This document shows, in pieces, positions 34,373 through 55,326 of a stretch of 64,000 nt of DNA. This DNA comes from the human T2T-CHM13v2.0 reference genome, Homo sapiens. A program made the translations under genes and the position numbers. The notes below the pieces were generated by a model, which did no database searches, was not told the origin of the DNA, and saw nothing but the letters and a program-made list of their open reading frames with translations. Every line of letters starts with the position of its first letter. Within the stretch, counting starts at the first letter, position 1. Where the stretch lies: the NCBI RefSeq assembly GCF_009914755.1, contig NC_060939.1; one strand, 5' to 3'.

Positions 34373-36329
34373 CCGAGCTGCTCACCAGAAGGGAGCGGAG
34401 CCAGGATTTGGCTTGTCTCCAGGACTTGTCTTGACACTGCCGTGTTCCTAGCACTCAGAACATGCCGGACACGGGGCGCTCCCTCTGTAAAATGTATTAA
34501 TCCACTGAATCAAAGAATGACTGAATGTACACCATGGACAGATAGATATTTCTATGGAACCACTGTTACCTTAAAACATACCAATTTTTATTTTGCTGGG
34601 AATGTTTACTTTGCTAGGAAAGTTTACTTTGCTAGGAAACTTTGGGGGTTTGGAATCAACTTTCAAATTGCAGCTTTTGCATGGAATCTCTTTATCTATA
34701 ATAATAGCAAATTCACATGAAGAAGAATGAAAACAGAATGATGTTCCTACAAACGGAAAAATTCTGGGCCATCATGACAACGCACAAATAGCTGTCAAAT
34801 GCTAAATTTCTCATGAAGCCAAGAGAGGCCAAAACTATCCCTGACCTGTGATTAGTACAATAAAGGCTGTGCCTTTGGGCAACAATGGGAACAGAGATGA
34901 AGACTTCAAGCCAGACAGTCCAGCAGCCCCAGCCTAAGGCTATGTTCTCCTGTAATTTATTACTCAGGATGAGGAAGCTAAATCAGGGTTGCCCTGGTTA
35001 CTATGGGGCTCTTCCGAGGACCCTGGTGACATAATTGGTGTTGGCTTGGAGACTGAGGCTTTCAATTCTGAGATTAGAGTGTTGGTAATAGAGGTGGCTA
35101 CCCCCTCAAGAAGAAATTCAAACAGGCTTTGGAAAAAATGAGATAGTCTCAAAATTAAGGTCCTCCTCCAAAATGTGCCACTGACTGTCTTAACCTGTGG
35201 TCCTGACAGATTCAGCAACAATACATAATTGGCTCATTCAAATAATAATTGCCTTTTAAAAATAGTAACAAACAGAATCATGAAACGCTTAACCAGATGA
35301 TCTCAGCTAACTGAACTAGGTTGTCACACACAGAGAGAGCAGCGTCTGCTGTGAATATCCTGCTCAGATCACCCTTCGGCAGACATTTCCCGAGTTACTG
35401 CCACAGCCCCGTGCTGGACACTCAGAGGAGGAAGAACTCTGGGGATAGCGGCTTGGAGGACTGGCTGGAGGGGGAATGACATGGGATGTGGCCCAAGAAA
35501 CAGATTTTCCAAAGAGAAAGGGACAGTAATACAGAGAACAGGCAGGAAGAGGGAGATAGGACTGGAATATAGTTCATTAAAATGGAATTCAGCCAGGGGC
35601 CCTTCTCAGGCACCCAGAACCCTCATGGCTCTGCCACCAGGCTGAGAATAGCAAACAAAGGTGATCGGGTCCCAGAAATCTGAAACACGTTTTTGAGCAT
35701 CTGGGGATCTGTGCCCTGTGTTTGCAGGCTGGTCTTAAAGGCGCCTGGAGTTTACAGGGGGCGGTGAGCAAGGCAGGAAAAGCGGAGGAGCGGCCTGCAT
35801 ATTTAGGGTGCAAGGGTCTGCGATGTCACCCTCACACCTACACCCACAGTCCATAAGGGTCATCAGGCTCATCAGCTGGGTGGTCGCTGCAGGCCAGAAA
35901 GGGCTGGGAGGACAAAGCACAGAACAGGGATGCCCACCCCTCCTGCTGTCGTGAGGCTAAATCTGCTTCCCCCACACCCAGCCGCCACCAGGGAGAGAAG
36001 GAGAAGACGGAAGGAAAGAGGATAGGAGGGGCTGAATACCTTCTGGAAAGAGACAAAGTTAATCCTGGGGAGACTGTTTTAAACTGGTAAAGGGGGAACC
36101 ACTCTGCAGTGGTAAGAGTTGAATTCAATTTTTCTAAATCAGTGGCCACAGAAGTAACTCACTTCTACATGCCAAGTAGAAATCAGTTACAGAAAATGAA
36201 GAACACATTTCTGCAGTTCTGAGCCAAGATATGAGAATTTTAATCACACCACATATAACAGAAGTCAACAGGATTGAGACTAAACATCTCTCATAAACAT
36301 AAGTAGACAAAACTTGCCGATGAGAAAAA

Positions 36330-36965
36330 AAAAGAAACTTGAAAACATGATGCTAAGTGAAAGATGCCAGACACAAAAGGACAAACACTGTGCCGGGCAC
36401 GGTGGCTCACACCTGTAATCCCAACACTTTGGGAGACTGAGGCGGGTGGATCAGTTTGAGACCAGCCTGGCCAACATTGTGAAACCCCATCTCTACTAAA
36501 AATACAAAAATTAGCTGGGCATGGTGGCGGGCGCCTGTAATCCCAGCTACTCAGGAGGCTGAGGCAGGAGAATCGCTTGAACTAGAGAGGTGGAGGTTGC
36601 AGTGAGCCAAGATCACGCCACTGCACTCTAGCCTGGGCAACACAGCAAGACTCCGTCTCAAACAAAAACAAAAACAAAACAAAACAAAATACTGTATGCT
36701 TCCACTTACATGAGTGACCTAGAATGGGATAAATTCATAGAGACAGAAAGTAGAATATTGGTTATCAGGGGCTGGGGAAGCAGAGAAATGAAAAGTTATT
36801 GTTTGATGGGTATAAAGTTTCTATTAGGGATGATGAAAAAGTTCTGGAAATGGATGTTGGTCATGGTTTCACACAATGTGAATGTACTTAATGCCACTGA
36901 ATTGCACACTTAACATGGTTAATTTAGTAAACTTTATACTGTGTATATTTTACCATAACCAAAAA
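36330..36965 (+). mobile_element. L1MB 3' end with AluS (~36392-36690)
   Basis: cttgaaaacatgatgctaagtgaaag...aatgccactgaattgcacactt; Alu consensus inside. Confidence 0.8.
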
Positions 36966-37949
36966 GAAAAAGGACTCTCACTTTCATAAGTAGAATAATA
37001 TACTGTTTAATTATTAATTTAGAAGCCCAATCAAAAAAGGAAAAAAAGTCAAAAGGTACAAATTATCAGTGAGATAACAGACCTTGCACACAGAGGAACT
37101 TAACATATTAGAAATGTACAAAAATATTGTAAAATATTTACTAAATAATACTATGAACTATTTTATGCTCATGACTTAAATGATGATTCAAAGCCCAAAT
37201 AGATCACAAATGTAAAAAAATGCAAAAATTGCCAAATAACTATATCCTTAGCTATCATCAGTCTGACAGTTTAATTGGTGAATCTTTTCTTTTCTTTTCT
37301 AAATTAAAAAATTTTTATTAGTAACATTTTTGTCCTTGGTAATCCTTCCGAATAAAGAAATCTATGAAAATGCTATGGAAAATTAAATTAAACAACATAT
37401 AAAATCACCTGGGCACCTGGAAGATGGTGAAGAAATATTTTGTGACATAAATTTAAAACTGAACTATCAATTTTTAAAAAGCTTTAGTGTTTCGTTAAAA
37501 GTATGAAAAAGAAATTTAAAATATGCTTAAATAATCGTTAGTCAGAGATATATTCAGAAAGGAAACTTATTAAATGTACTACTTTTTTCATTCTCCATGG
37601 TAAAACTGAGAATGAGAATCTTGGTAAAGGTTAAAATTTTGAAATAATAGCGTATCTGGGGACATCAACTATTCCTTACATCTTGAACACACAATCTTTC
37701 TATTTACTCTGTAAACATGCTCAGTTTTGAACCTACCACCCCCTATACCTGACATTATCTTTGCTCTATCTTTCAATTCTTAATTGAGCTTATGGAAAGA
37801 GACATACCAATGTCTCTACCTTTTTTTCCCCAAACCTTTCTCCTCAAACCACTACTATCTGGTTTCTGCTTCCACTACATCATATCTGAAACTAAAATGT
37901 CAAAGCAATCACGTTGCCAAATGTGAAAAAGGATTTCCCAGACCTTTTG

Positions 37950-39360
37950 GGAGTTGGTATCATTGCTTCACATGGCATTACTAACCTGTCCCTCCTTGTA
38001 CTTGTTTTCTCCTGGCTTTGGATATGGCATTCTTTCTGCCCTGCATACTTCTCTATCATTCCTGTTTGGTCTCATTAGCTAGATCCTTTTCTCTACTTGC
38101 TCCTGTAGTGCAGACTCTGCTCTTCTCATTTTATCCTCTTTTTCTAGACAATCTCATCCACTCCCATGGTTTCAGTTGCTATCTATAAACTATCTTTATC
38201 TCTATCTCAGACCACTTTGGTGACTTCCAGCATCATACAGCCATCCAACCATCTGTGACATTTCTCCATGTGGATATCCAAAGACACTTCAAACTTAACA
38301 TTAAAAAAAAAAATCTCACATACCTTCTTCTCCCCTCAAATCAGCTGTTCCTCCTAAAATCTCTACCTTGGCTGATGGTTCATTATCACCCTGTCAAGAC
38401 ACCTGGATATCATACTCTCATTCATTTCTAACTTAGTCTCAAAGTCCCATGAATTCAACCTTTCAACTATTTTTAAAATCTGTCCATTCCCACTTCTCAC
38501 CACTATTGCCTTAGGTTGGATCCTTCATAATCTCTTAGGTGGACTATAGCAATGGCCTCTTAGATGTTCTTGGCGTTTCCAATCTTATTTCTTCCAATCA
38601 ATCATTTATAATGTTGCCAAAATGATCTTTCCAATACGTAAATCTGATCACATTTCTCCCAAGCTGAAGTAATCCCTACAGCTCTTAAATAATTAGTTGC
38701 TTAAAGAATTCATTTACTCACTCATTTAACAAATATTATTTACCACATAACGTATGATTTTAGGCAGAGAGGAAATTATAGTAAATGAAAATATTTAGAG
38801 AATATGCAGAAAGGTAGATATTAAACAATCCCCTAAATAAATGTATGATTACAAATTTGACAAATGCAATGAAGAAAAATAATAAGTCACAAAGGAAGAA
38901 AAAGAGGAGACCTACTAGAGATTGTGAAGTTATATTATTTTTGAGAGAATAATATCTCGGTAAGTTTAAAAAATGAGTAGAAGTCGCTCAACAAAGAAGT
39001 AGTTTTGGTAGAGGGAACAGCACGTACAAGGGATCTGAAAGGGAAAGGAGATTAGAGTGTTAAAAGAAATGAAGGTAAGCCTATTTGGCAAGAGCTTAGT
39101 GAAGGATGGGATAGTGGCCTGAGACAAGATTATTGACATAGAAACCAAGTCATGTAGGGTTTGTAAGCCAAGGTATGGATTTGGGTTCTTTTGAAAGGCT
39201 ATGGGAAGCAATTAAAAAGTTTTAGGCAGATGAATCACATGGTTATATTTACATCTTAAAGTTTCACTCTGGCTGCTGGTAGAGAATAGATTATAGCCTG
39301 AGTGGATGTGAGAAGACTAGTAAAGGGATTATTCCATTAGTCTAGGAGAGAAAAATGGTG
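37950..39360. mobile_element. Ancient L2 fragments in both orientations inside the DCAF6 retrocopy
   Basis: ctcatccactcccatggtttcagtt...acttcaaacttaacat; cattcatttactcactcatttaacaaata; cactctggctgctgg. Confidence 0.65.
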
Positions 39361-40214
39361 GTGGGCAGTCTCTATTAACTTTTAGAAGTTATCTTTAGGT
39401 AATGTGAGCCTGCAACGTGAAGTTCCTAGTACTTTAAAAGTTATAATGCTGATGAACAAAAAGGTATGTAAAAACTCAGGATTTAATCTAATTAGATACA
39501 TTTTCCACCATTAGAACATTTCTGCTCAGAGATCTTATTACAAAGCTACATTTCTGATAGTCTACTACGATGCAGCTTCTGCCAAAGCCACTCAGTACTA
39601 ACCTCTTACATAGCATCTCTACTTACATGATTAAAATGCATATCATACTTGACATAGTCAAAAGATAAAGAACCACTTGATTTCTACTTCCAAGCTACTC
39701 AACTCCCTAGTAAATGGCCTTACCATTTACCCTACCCAGGCACTGATGTAAAAAATCTGAGAGTTAATCATAATTTTTCTCTTCCTCTCATATCCCATAT
39801 CATATGTAAATTAAGTATCAACTTAAATTGAATATAATATTCAATGTAATGCTATGAAAATTATTGTATGTGATTAATGAGAATATAAATCTGGCTATAA
39901 AATCTCTGATAGTGATATAGTATTTATATCCATATATCCTTAGGAAAAAATTCCCTTTAATTATAGAGTAGTTATAAACAGTAGTCTAATATAGTATGCT
40001 ATAGTTGTGTTTTGCCTTAATTATTCTTCATTGTTAATACCTCTATAATAAACATATAAAATAAAACGCTTAATTTCTTAGTTTGCAAATTAATTTACCA
40101 ATTCGTTCATTCTTTCTTTGTCAAGAACGGAAAACCTTATAGCAATACAGGTCATCTCAGGTCCATAAAGAGTAATTTAAGATCAGAAATTCATGTCAGG
40201 TCCATGAGGAATAA

Positions 40215-40223
40215 GTTTTCTTT

Positions 40224-40256
<33 letters not shown>

Positions 40257-40537
40257 AGACGGAGTCTCACTGTGCTGCCCAGGCCGGAGTGAGTGGCGCA
40301 ATCTTGGCTCACAGTAACCTCCGCCTCCCAGGTTCAAGCGATTCTCCCGCTTCAGCCTCCTGAGTAGCTGGGATTACAGGCGTGGGCCACCACGTCTGGC
40401 TAATTTTTGTGTTTACTAGTAGAGATGGGGTTTCGCCATGTTGGCCAGGCTGGTCTCGAACCCCTGACCTCAGGTGATCTGCCTGCCTCAGTCTCCAAAA
40501 GTGCTGGGATTACAGGTGTGAGCCACCGCTCCTGGCC
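40215..40537 (-). mobile_element. AluS with long T tract inside the retrocopy
   Basis: TSD ccat(g/a)aggaataa at 40202-40214 and 40538-40550. Confidence 0.88.
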
Positions 40538-40811
40538 CCATAAGGAATAATTTAAGATCAGAAGTACAAAGAAAGTTTTCTAATTGATTTTAAAATTAGT
40601 TTCTGCATATTTCTCTAAGACTATAGTTTAAATTCGATCTATTTCACACCAAATAAGTACTACAGCAATATTTAATTTCTGCGTTACTATTGACATATGA
40701 GTCATCTAACATGTAAACTTTCAGCCAACCAAATATTATGGCTTTAGTGCTAATTTAAAAAAAAGTTTTTGAAAGGAACATTTGTAAAATATATAAAGGC
40801 ATTCATCTGCC

Positions 40812-41160
40812 TTCTTTTTTTTTTTAAAGAGATGGGGGGTCTCATTTTTTTTAAAGAGATGGGGGGTCTCACTCTGTCACCCACACTGGAGTGCAGTGGT
40901 ACAATCATAGCTCACTGGAGCCTTGAACTCCTGGGCTCAAGCAATCCTCCTGCCTCAGCCTTCTTAGTAGCTGGGACTACAGGTATGCACCACCACACCC
41001 GGCTAATTAAATTGTTTGTTTGTTTGTTTGTTTGTTTGTTTAAGAGACAGGGTCTCGCTATATTGACCAGGCTGGTCTCAAACGTCTGGGCTCAAGCGAT
41101 CCTCCTGCCCCAGCTTCCCAAGTAGCTGGGATTACAGGCGGTGTGCCACCACGTCCAGCT
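40812..41160 (-). mobile_element. AluJ-like element inside the retrocopy
   Basis: J-type ctcctgggctcaagcaatcctcc. Duplicated ~28-bp end (aaagagatggggggtctca x2). Flanked by atctgc(c)tt repeats. Confidence 0.8.
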
Positions 41161-42009
41161 ATCTGCTTTTTTAAATAGAGGAAGTGAATATCATGTTAAG
41201 TTATTCTTAAAGACTTAACTAAGATTACTTATCATACTTTGTCACAATATATTTAAAATACTTCATTAAATTCTGAGGTGAGATAGTAAACCATTTGTGC
41301 TAACCCTAAATAGCCTTTTTAGTTTTTGAATAGTCTTCCTATCTCCAACCTTTTCAGATGTCCCTTCATGTCAGAATGTCTTCCTCTGCTAATCCTTCTC
41401 TGTGCTGTATTTGATCTGCTAGTAATAAAGCTTGATAAACAAGTAATCTGTTTATTTCATCAGGCTCTATTCAAGGCTTGGAGATTGACTCTATAACTTT
41501 CCCACATTGAAAAGTGCAAGTGGAAGTGGGAGCTTCTGATTGATAGCTTTTGAGCTTACCTCCGGGTTTGTAACTGTATTCTTTAGTTAAAGCTATCAGG
41601 AATTTGGCTACCAGATAAGTGAGACATAAAACCAAGTATCATTACTAAAGCAATCTAGTGATACAGAATATTACTGTGTTTAAATAACTTATCCTACATA
41701 AACAACAAGGTAGTGTTAACCTCACACTCACAATTCTACATGATTTTATGACAGATATCTAGGATTTAAAAAATGGATATAGCTTATATCCATTATAATT
41801 TTGTTATACTGAGAGAGTTCAAAGTTGGCATCAAGGGTCAAAGGTAGAAATTAGCTTACATAGAAAATAATTTGTATAGGCCAAACAGACCTTTTGTATA
41901 CAATACCACCTACTGTAATTTAGTCCACAAAATACTGACTATAAGACCATAATCAAAATGAAATGCTATGAAAGGTGTGCGAGAGCTTAGTTTATGCACT
42001 GCAATAAAG

Positions 42010-43488
<1,479 letters not shown>

Positions 43489-43814
43489 GGCTCTGCCTGA
43501 GCGAGGTGGGAGGGGAGACCCTACCTGAATCTTTTCAAAGTGTCATAAAACAGATAGTTCTATAGTCTTGATATCATTATAGAACATTTAAAAAAATAAG
43601 GAAAGCTTCTGTTTTCCAAAAGCACTTAATAATGATTGGTCCTGTTTACAGGTTGTGATATTTTGTATACTCCTTCTTTTACCTTTTTTTGCTGTAAGAT
43701 ATCTGCGTGGTTGCCTTCTATTGTCTTTTCATCTTGCTTGTCCTTAACATGAAAGTCCTGGCCACACCTTAGCTTTTCTTTGCTACCTTAAAGAGAGTCT
43801 CTAAACATGTGAAA

Positions 43815-47344
<3,530 letters not shown>

Positions 47345-48377
47345 ATGACTTACATGTCAATAAAGAGATATAAAATTGTTTTGTTTTTTGAAAAAAATCT
47401 AATATTTTAATAAGCCACTCTCTCAAGCCAATACAAGGCAGCTCCAGCACACCCCTGCTTCAGGAGATGTTTATGCCACGTGAAGGGAGGAAACCATAAT
47501 CCTTTCCACATCCCTCAGGTAGACGTGGAAATAAGGATAAGGTGAAAATTACAAAAACCAAGCTCATCATGCCTCCTTCCCTTGCCACCAAATGCTTGTA
47601 TTTCTTTTTAACACCTGTTCCCCGGGTTGTATAAAAAGTCCTTTGCTAATTACTTTTAGGAAAAGGGCGACATTCTGGCCTTCACCTCCCAGAAACCACG
47701 CATCATACTTGAGGCACACACCAGGGAAGAGGCTGAGGTCAAGTTCACCAATCAGAAACACAAACAGACAAGGAAAAAGAAGGCAGCAATCAGTTTCCAT
47801 CAAAGCCCTCAGCCAGGTGTCAGATCTCCCAGGGACACCCCTCTTTAATTTGGGGGGGACATAGGTAAATATGTGTATCCAGAAAGCCTGGAGCAAGTCG
47901 AGAGAGGCATTTGATTAGTATGCAGATCACAGGCACAGCTGGGATCAGGGCTAACCAGACTTTCAAGGATAAACAGCTGACAAGGATATGTCATGTTGTC
48001 CCTGCAGTGTGTTGAATCTAATTAAAAAGGACTTAGGGTCAGAAAAACACTGGTGTAATAATGGGTAAGCACAACAGAAATCATTTTATTGTTTACTTAC
48101 AGGAAACAATACTTTTCCCGTTTACATGCTTGACGTGGCCAGCAAGGAAGAGCTCACACTTCGTACAAAACTACACACTAGTTTTGCATCTCTTTGTTGT
48201 GACACACAACCTCTGGTTTAGATTCTTTAAAATTATCTGTATGGGACAGTTTCTCTCATTATTCAAAGAATGACTTTTCCCCAAAATAAATAAGATATAT
48301 TCCTTCCCTCCGCTGTCGGGTGTTTCTCATGCTCTCCTCTTTTAATTGTCAGTATAATTCTAGAGTAAAAGTCCTAT

Positions 48378-49051
48378 GTGCTATGGTTTGAATAAGCTCC
48401 CCAAAAAGCATGTGTTGAAAACTTAATGTTTGGCTGGACATGGTGGCTCACGCCTGTAATCCCAACACTTTGGGAGGCCGAGGCGGGCGGATCACCTGAG
48501 GTCGGGAGTTCGAGACCAGCCTGACCAACATGTAGAAACCCTGTCTCTACTAAAAATACAAAAAATTAGCTGGGCGTGGAGGCACATGCCTGTAATCCCA
48601 GCTACTCAGGAGGCCGAGGCAGGAGAACTGCTTGAACCCGGGAGGCGGAGGTTGCAGTGAGCAGAGATTGCACCATTCACTCCAGCCTGAGCGACAGAGC
48701 GAGACTCCGTCTCAGAAAAAAAAAAAAAAAGAAAGAAAGAAAAGGAAAACTTAATCCTCAATGCAACAGCGTTGGGAGGCGGGGGCCTATGGGAGGTGCT
48801 TTGGTCAGCAGGGCTCCACCATCAGGAATGGATTAATGCTGATTATAAAAGGGCTTGAGGCTGTGAGTTCAATATCTTGCTCTTTCTTTGGCCCTCTCTT
48901 GCCCTTTCACCTTCTGCCATGGGATATTGCAGCAAAAAGGCCCGGGCTAGATGCTGGCCCCTCAATCTTGGACTTCCCAGCCTCCCAAAATGTGAGAAAT
49001 AAATTACCCAGTCTGTGGTATTCTGCTATAGCAGCACACAACAGACTAAGA
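48378..49051. mobile_element. MST-type MaLR LTR interrupted by AluS (~48432-48745)
   Basis: tgctatggtttgaat...gaaaacttaat [Alu] gaaaacttaatcc...acagactaaga. Confidence 0.8.
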
Positions 49052-50129
49052 TGCACTGTCAAGCCAAAATATAATGATTTGTGAACGGCTAACAGCACAG
49101 GTTGGAATCTGATGCCAGCTAACTCCCAAGGTCTCAGATTCCCTACCTGTCTCCCATGCATAGTTGTCAGAAGTAAATGAATGAACGTACAGAATGTGCT
49201 CAAGCAGTGCCCTGCACACAGCAAGGGCTCAGGAAAGTTAGCGACCATCATATCATCATCATCATCATGATCATCATGCAGTCAGTATTAGGTTTGTATA
49301 AAAATATCAAAGAGCACATTTTAAGCTTATGTCCAAACATATACTAAAATGTGTTAAATACGTATCTTTTATGTAATTTTCCACCTAAATTTCTAGTTTC
49401 TGTGACAATGCTAAGTAGGAAAAATATTTTAATTCATTCAATGCTATCATAATGAAGATTTTGTTTGTTTTCTTTATAATGAAATTAGTGCCTGACTATA
49501 TCTAAATTTACAGAAGAAAAAGAATGTATATTCACTGAGGTCAGGCCTGCGATAGCAAAACAGAGGGGATGGGCTAACCGCTTCTCAGCAGGGGTAAAGT
49601 ACTCTCTGCTGCCTTTCAAAGATGAAGCAGCCCCCTAGATATACAGCAATGTATGAAATGGAACTTTGAGTAGGGAAAACATTGCAGACAAATGCATACA
49701 GTATAAGCATATTTGCTTAAAAATAAAACTATACAGTTGGATGACTGTGTACATATACATGTACATAAATATATATGTGCATACACAAAAAATGGATACA
49801 TCATAAAGCAATTGCCTGTGTGGTAGGGAGTAGGAGGCAGAGAGAGGAGGGAGACTTTGTTTTGCTCCAGTTTGTGTACTTCTTGCATCTTTTACAATGA
49901 GAATCTATTACTATTTCATTTCATATTTAAAAAGAAAGGGAAAATAGTTCTATTCATTTAAAACCAAATATTCATCAAGCCATATAATGCATTATATTAC
50001 ATTAAATTGCATTTCAAAAGCATCCTCTGTTATGCTTTCATTTAAAAATACAGTAAGAAAAGTATGATGGGAAATCCCAAACTTCTGCAGAATGAATTGA
50101 AATAACTGAGTCATTAAAAATCAGTTTAT

Positions 50130-50719
<590 letters not shown>

Positions 50720-53700
50720 AAAAGAATTTTTTAAATTAAAAAACGTGTATATTTTTTAAAAATCCATTTTTTAAATAAAGTTTTGTTGCTGTCATATTTT
50801 AATGTGCATGGAGCCTCAAATTAAAATATAATGAGGCATTTTAAGGGGCATTTGAAAATCAATAATGCTCTTTTCTAATTAATTTAAGTGAAACAGCATG
50901 TTTGCTTGAAATCCCAAAATGCCTTTTTAATTTCCTAAGGGGCTCTTCAGACAGGAACAGTTGGGAGGCACTCAGTGGTTCACTCACATGCTCCCCTCCA
51001 GGAATGGTGCCAGGCCCTGGATGTGGGACAAGGCGCAGCACAGACATGGCCTTCTCCCTTGTGCTGCTTTGCCATGTAGCGAATGATGGGGAAATGTCAG
51101 GGCTTGGAGAAAAAGAGACAGAATGCTCAGAGAACCGCAGAGCTGGGGAGCCCCTTGGACGAGGGCTGAGGGAAGGCCCTTGCATCGATGTCCCACCGAC
51201 TCTGGAATCTAGAGGTCCAGAAGGAGCCACCTAGAGACCAGCTGGGAGGAAGAACAGCTGTGGTGCAGCGTGCAGGGGCAGCCTGAAGTAGAAAGACCCT
51301 GAGATTCTAGCACAGCTGGCAAGGCAGGGACGTGGTGCCCAGGAGTACCACTGCAGGCTAGCGAAGCTGGAGGAGCCAGATGAAAGCAGGCACTCACACG
51401 CCACGGCGAGGATGCTGGACAGCGCTCCGAGTCCAGTGGGAAGCACGTGGCTGAGTTTATGTTGTAAGAAGCTCTCTCGCCATGAACACACACACACAGA
51501 CACACAAATATGTGAATACATTTTGATCACAACAAGCTGGGAATCCATGTTTTGTTGTATTTAACAAAAACCCACAAAATACATCCAAAAACTATTCCTA
51601 TACAAAGTTACAGAAAATTTTAGTGGATTGTAAAAAGTAGAAATTAGGGGCCACATGTTCTCATGCAATGACGTTAGAAATTAACAGTAAAAGGAAAGCA
51701 AAAAACCAAAAAGTCTAACTACCTAAAAAGTTAAGGACATCAATCTGAGCGATGATTAGGTTAAAGAGAAAAGCAAAAATGAAAATTACAAACCAAGTGG
51801 AACTAAGTCCACAAGAGCACTGTGTATCAACAATGCCAATCTATACAGTATTATTACTGTTACTCAACTATAAAAGGGGGAAAATTAACAATATGTGAAT
51901 TAAGAAAGTAGAAGGGGTTAATAAAATAAAAACATACATAGTCAACCCTTCCCTCAAATTCCCCATTTCCTCCCGAGACCCCCGGCTCTAGGGAACTATT
52001 AATCTACTTTGAATCTCTAAAGATTTGCTAAAATGTTTATTTTTGAACTGTAAAAGAATATTATCTGTAGCTTTATAACAATAAATTGGAAAAAACAGAT
52101 GAAATATACAATGTTCGAAAGACATTAACAAAAATGATCCCCAAAAAGAAAGAAAACACGAATAACATAATGAACATGGGAAAATACGTTAAAAGTAGTC
52201 AAATTACCTCCCCCAAATTAAAATAAACCTAGATAATTCCCAGGTTATATAAACTGTTTCAGAGCATAAGTCAAATCAAATTCTTCCACTTTCATTTTAA
52301 AGTATGCATAATTCTAAGACGAAACTGGACAAGGAGGGCACCTCAAGGTAAACTGTAGGTTATCTCATTTCTGAATGTTGATGCAAAACTCTTAAATAAT
52401 ATATTAACAAAGTGAATGCAGCCTAATGTATACCTTCTCAGCACCAGGACCATTGCCTATTTCTGCAATGCAAAAGTGATTCTGCATTAGGAAATCCATT
52501 AATGCAAATCACTACATTAATAAACTAAAGGAGGAAAGCCATATGATCATCTTCAGAGATGTTAAAAGGATGGTGATAAAATTTACATGCATCTTGATTT
52601 AAAAAAATCTTAGAAAGCCAGGATGGAAGTGAATACCTCCCATTAATAAAGGCATCTCTCAGAAGCTGATGGCAGACATTACTCTACATGGTAACCCATT
52701 AGGAGCAATCCTGTGAAAGCCAGGAATAAAACAAGGGTGTTAAAAAATTCCAGTGTTAGTCAACCTTTTTCCCTGTAAATCCTCACTGTGAGTGAAGGGT
52801 CACATCGGGTCTGGGCTGACGCATGTGCGCCAGGAAAAATGACCCAAAAGTTCTGTCCTCTCAGGTCACTGCTTCCTTTTCTCGGACACTGCAGCGTTGA
52901 GATGGATATGGAAGGCTGTGGTCATCTCATGTGCTGGGAAGGACGCCTGGATCAGGGAAGCAGCGTGGTGGCCTGCAGGCCTTGGGCCTCCGTGAAGACA
53001 AAAGTGTTATAAAAACAACTGATGGAAAAGTGAACTGTGGCTTCTCAGTGAGAGTCTCCCCCACGCAGGCAGTGAACACCGCATGTGGGTGTGAGGGAAA
53101 TGGAGCTGCGGGACCTCCCAGTGATGTGAAGATGCTGTCCCTGCTGTGTCTCCTGTCCTGTGTCCTATGAAGCTCAGCAAATGGGGAGATTTGCTAATAG
53201 AAACCATCTCTCAGCAGCATGCTTGGTGGTGGGTCACTAAGAGCTTCTCATTAAATTCAGGAGCAAGAGGTGGATGATGAAATACCATCATCTAATGTTA
53301 TTTTAACAAAACATCATTATCCAATGTTATTTTAACAGTTTTAGCCACAGCAACTACACAGAAAAGCAAAACAAGATGTACAGATACTGGAAAGCAGAAG
53401 AAAATGTAATCATTTCCTCTGACAAACTATGGGATCAAAGATTCAGGTGTACATTCAACTGCTTGTACAGTTCAATGCAAGTAATAAAAAACTGCAAAAA
53501 GTCTTACATGCGGCGAGTAGCCTCTTCAGTATAAAATAATAACTAAAACAGGCATCCACCAGAGCAAGAAAATATTTACAATACCTAGGACTAAATTTGA
53601 AACATGGAAAGTTCATATGTATATTTTAGAAAACTATAAAAGTGTAGTAACATTTATAACAAAATAAATCCTAGATCGATAAAACACATAAATATTTAAA

Positions 53701-54462
53701 AAATAAAACCCGAAAATACTGAGGGGATAGTAGAAAATTATTTATAATCTTGGAGTGGGAAAGGCTTTTCTAGGAAAAACACATAACCCAGCAATCAAAA
53801 GGGTTAAAATACGTAAATGAATAAAACCAATGTGAGTACAGAAAATACCCACACAAAGAATGCCATTCAAAAAGTCAAAAGATGCATAACAAACTATTAA
53901 AAATATATGTTTGCAACCAATATAACAATAGCCAGTTTCCTTAACATAAGGAAGTATATATATGTATATAATATATATAATATGTAAATTATAAAAACAA
54001 CAATATAACAGTAAAATAGGTAACAAACGTGAAGTGGCAGTTAACAGATAAAGAAATATAAGCAACTTATAAACAAATATAAAGATGCTCAACTTCACTT
54101 TTAATTAAAGAAATGAAAATTACATAATAAAATTGTACAATTTTGTCAGATTGGTGAAGACAAAAACAATTCTGACAACACACAAGTTTGGATCTGGGTA
54201 ACCAGGCACAGGCTCAGACTGCTGGCAAAGGTGTGAAGGGGTGCCTTGTGTTTGGAGAGCAATTTAGGAATAAGATTCTAAATTTAAAGTGCACTCATGC
54301 TCTGACTGCAGGGACGGTCTTAGTGATTTTTTTCTCTAGATCTGTTTGCATTCCTTCCTTGTTCACTGCTACACCCCCAGCACCTAGGCCAGTTCCCCAA
54401 GCAGCAGCAATAGCCACTCAGTATCTGTTGAGTAATGAATATGTACAAAGAATACTATTCAA

Positions 54463-55083
<621 letters not shown>

Positions 55084-55324
55084 TTAGCAAAAGACTAGAA
55101 ACATCTTTTAACTTATCCTTCATTAAGGGGTGGTTATATGAATTATCACACATCCATCCAGTGGAATTATCCGCTACTCCCTGTTTAACAGCAGAGAAGA
55201 CCTCCAAGTGCTGATGTGAAAATGTCACCAGGCTACATGGTTGACTACAAAATCCATGTTGAGTAGCCCACGTGTGTAAAAAAAAATCCATAAACAAAAA
55301 TATGTGCAGATGATGACTGGAAAG

Positions 55325-55326
<2 letters not shown>

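Noticed and set aside
43515-43545. CAG|GTAGGG at the retrocopy 5' junction as a recursive splice site
   Set aside because: No adequate polypyrimidine tract upstream on the minus strand.
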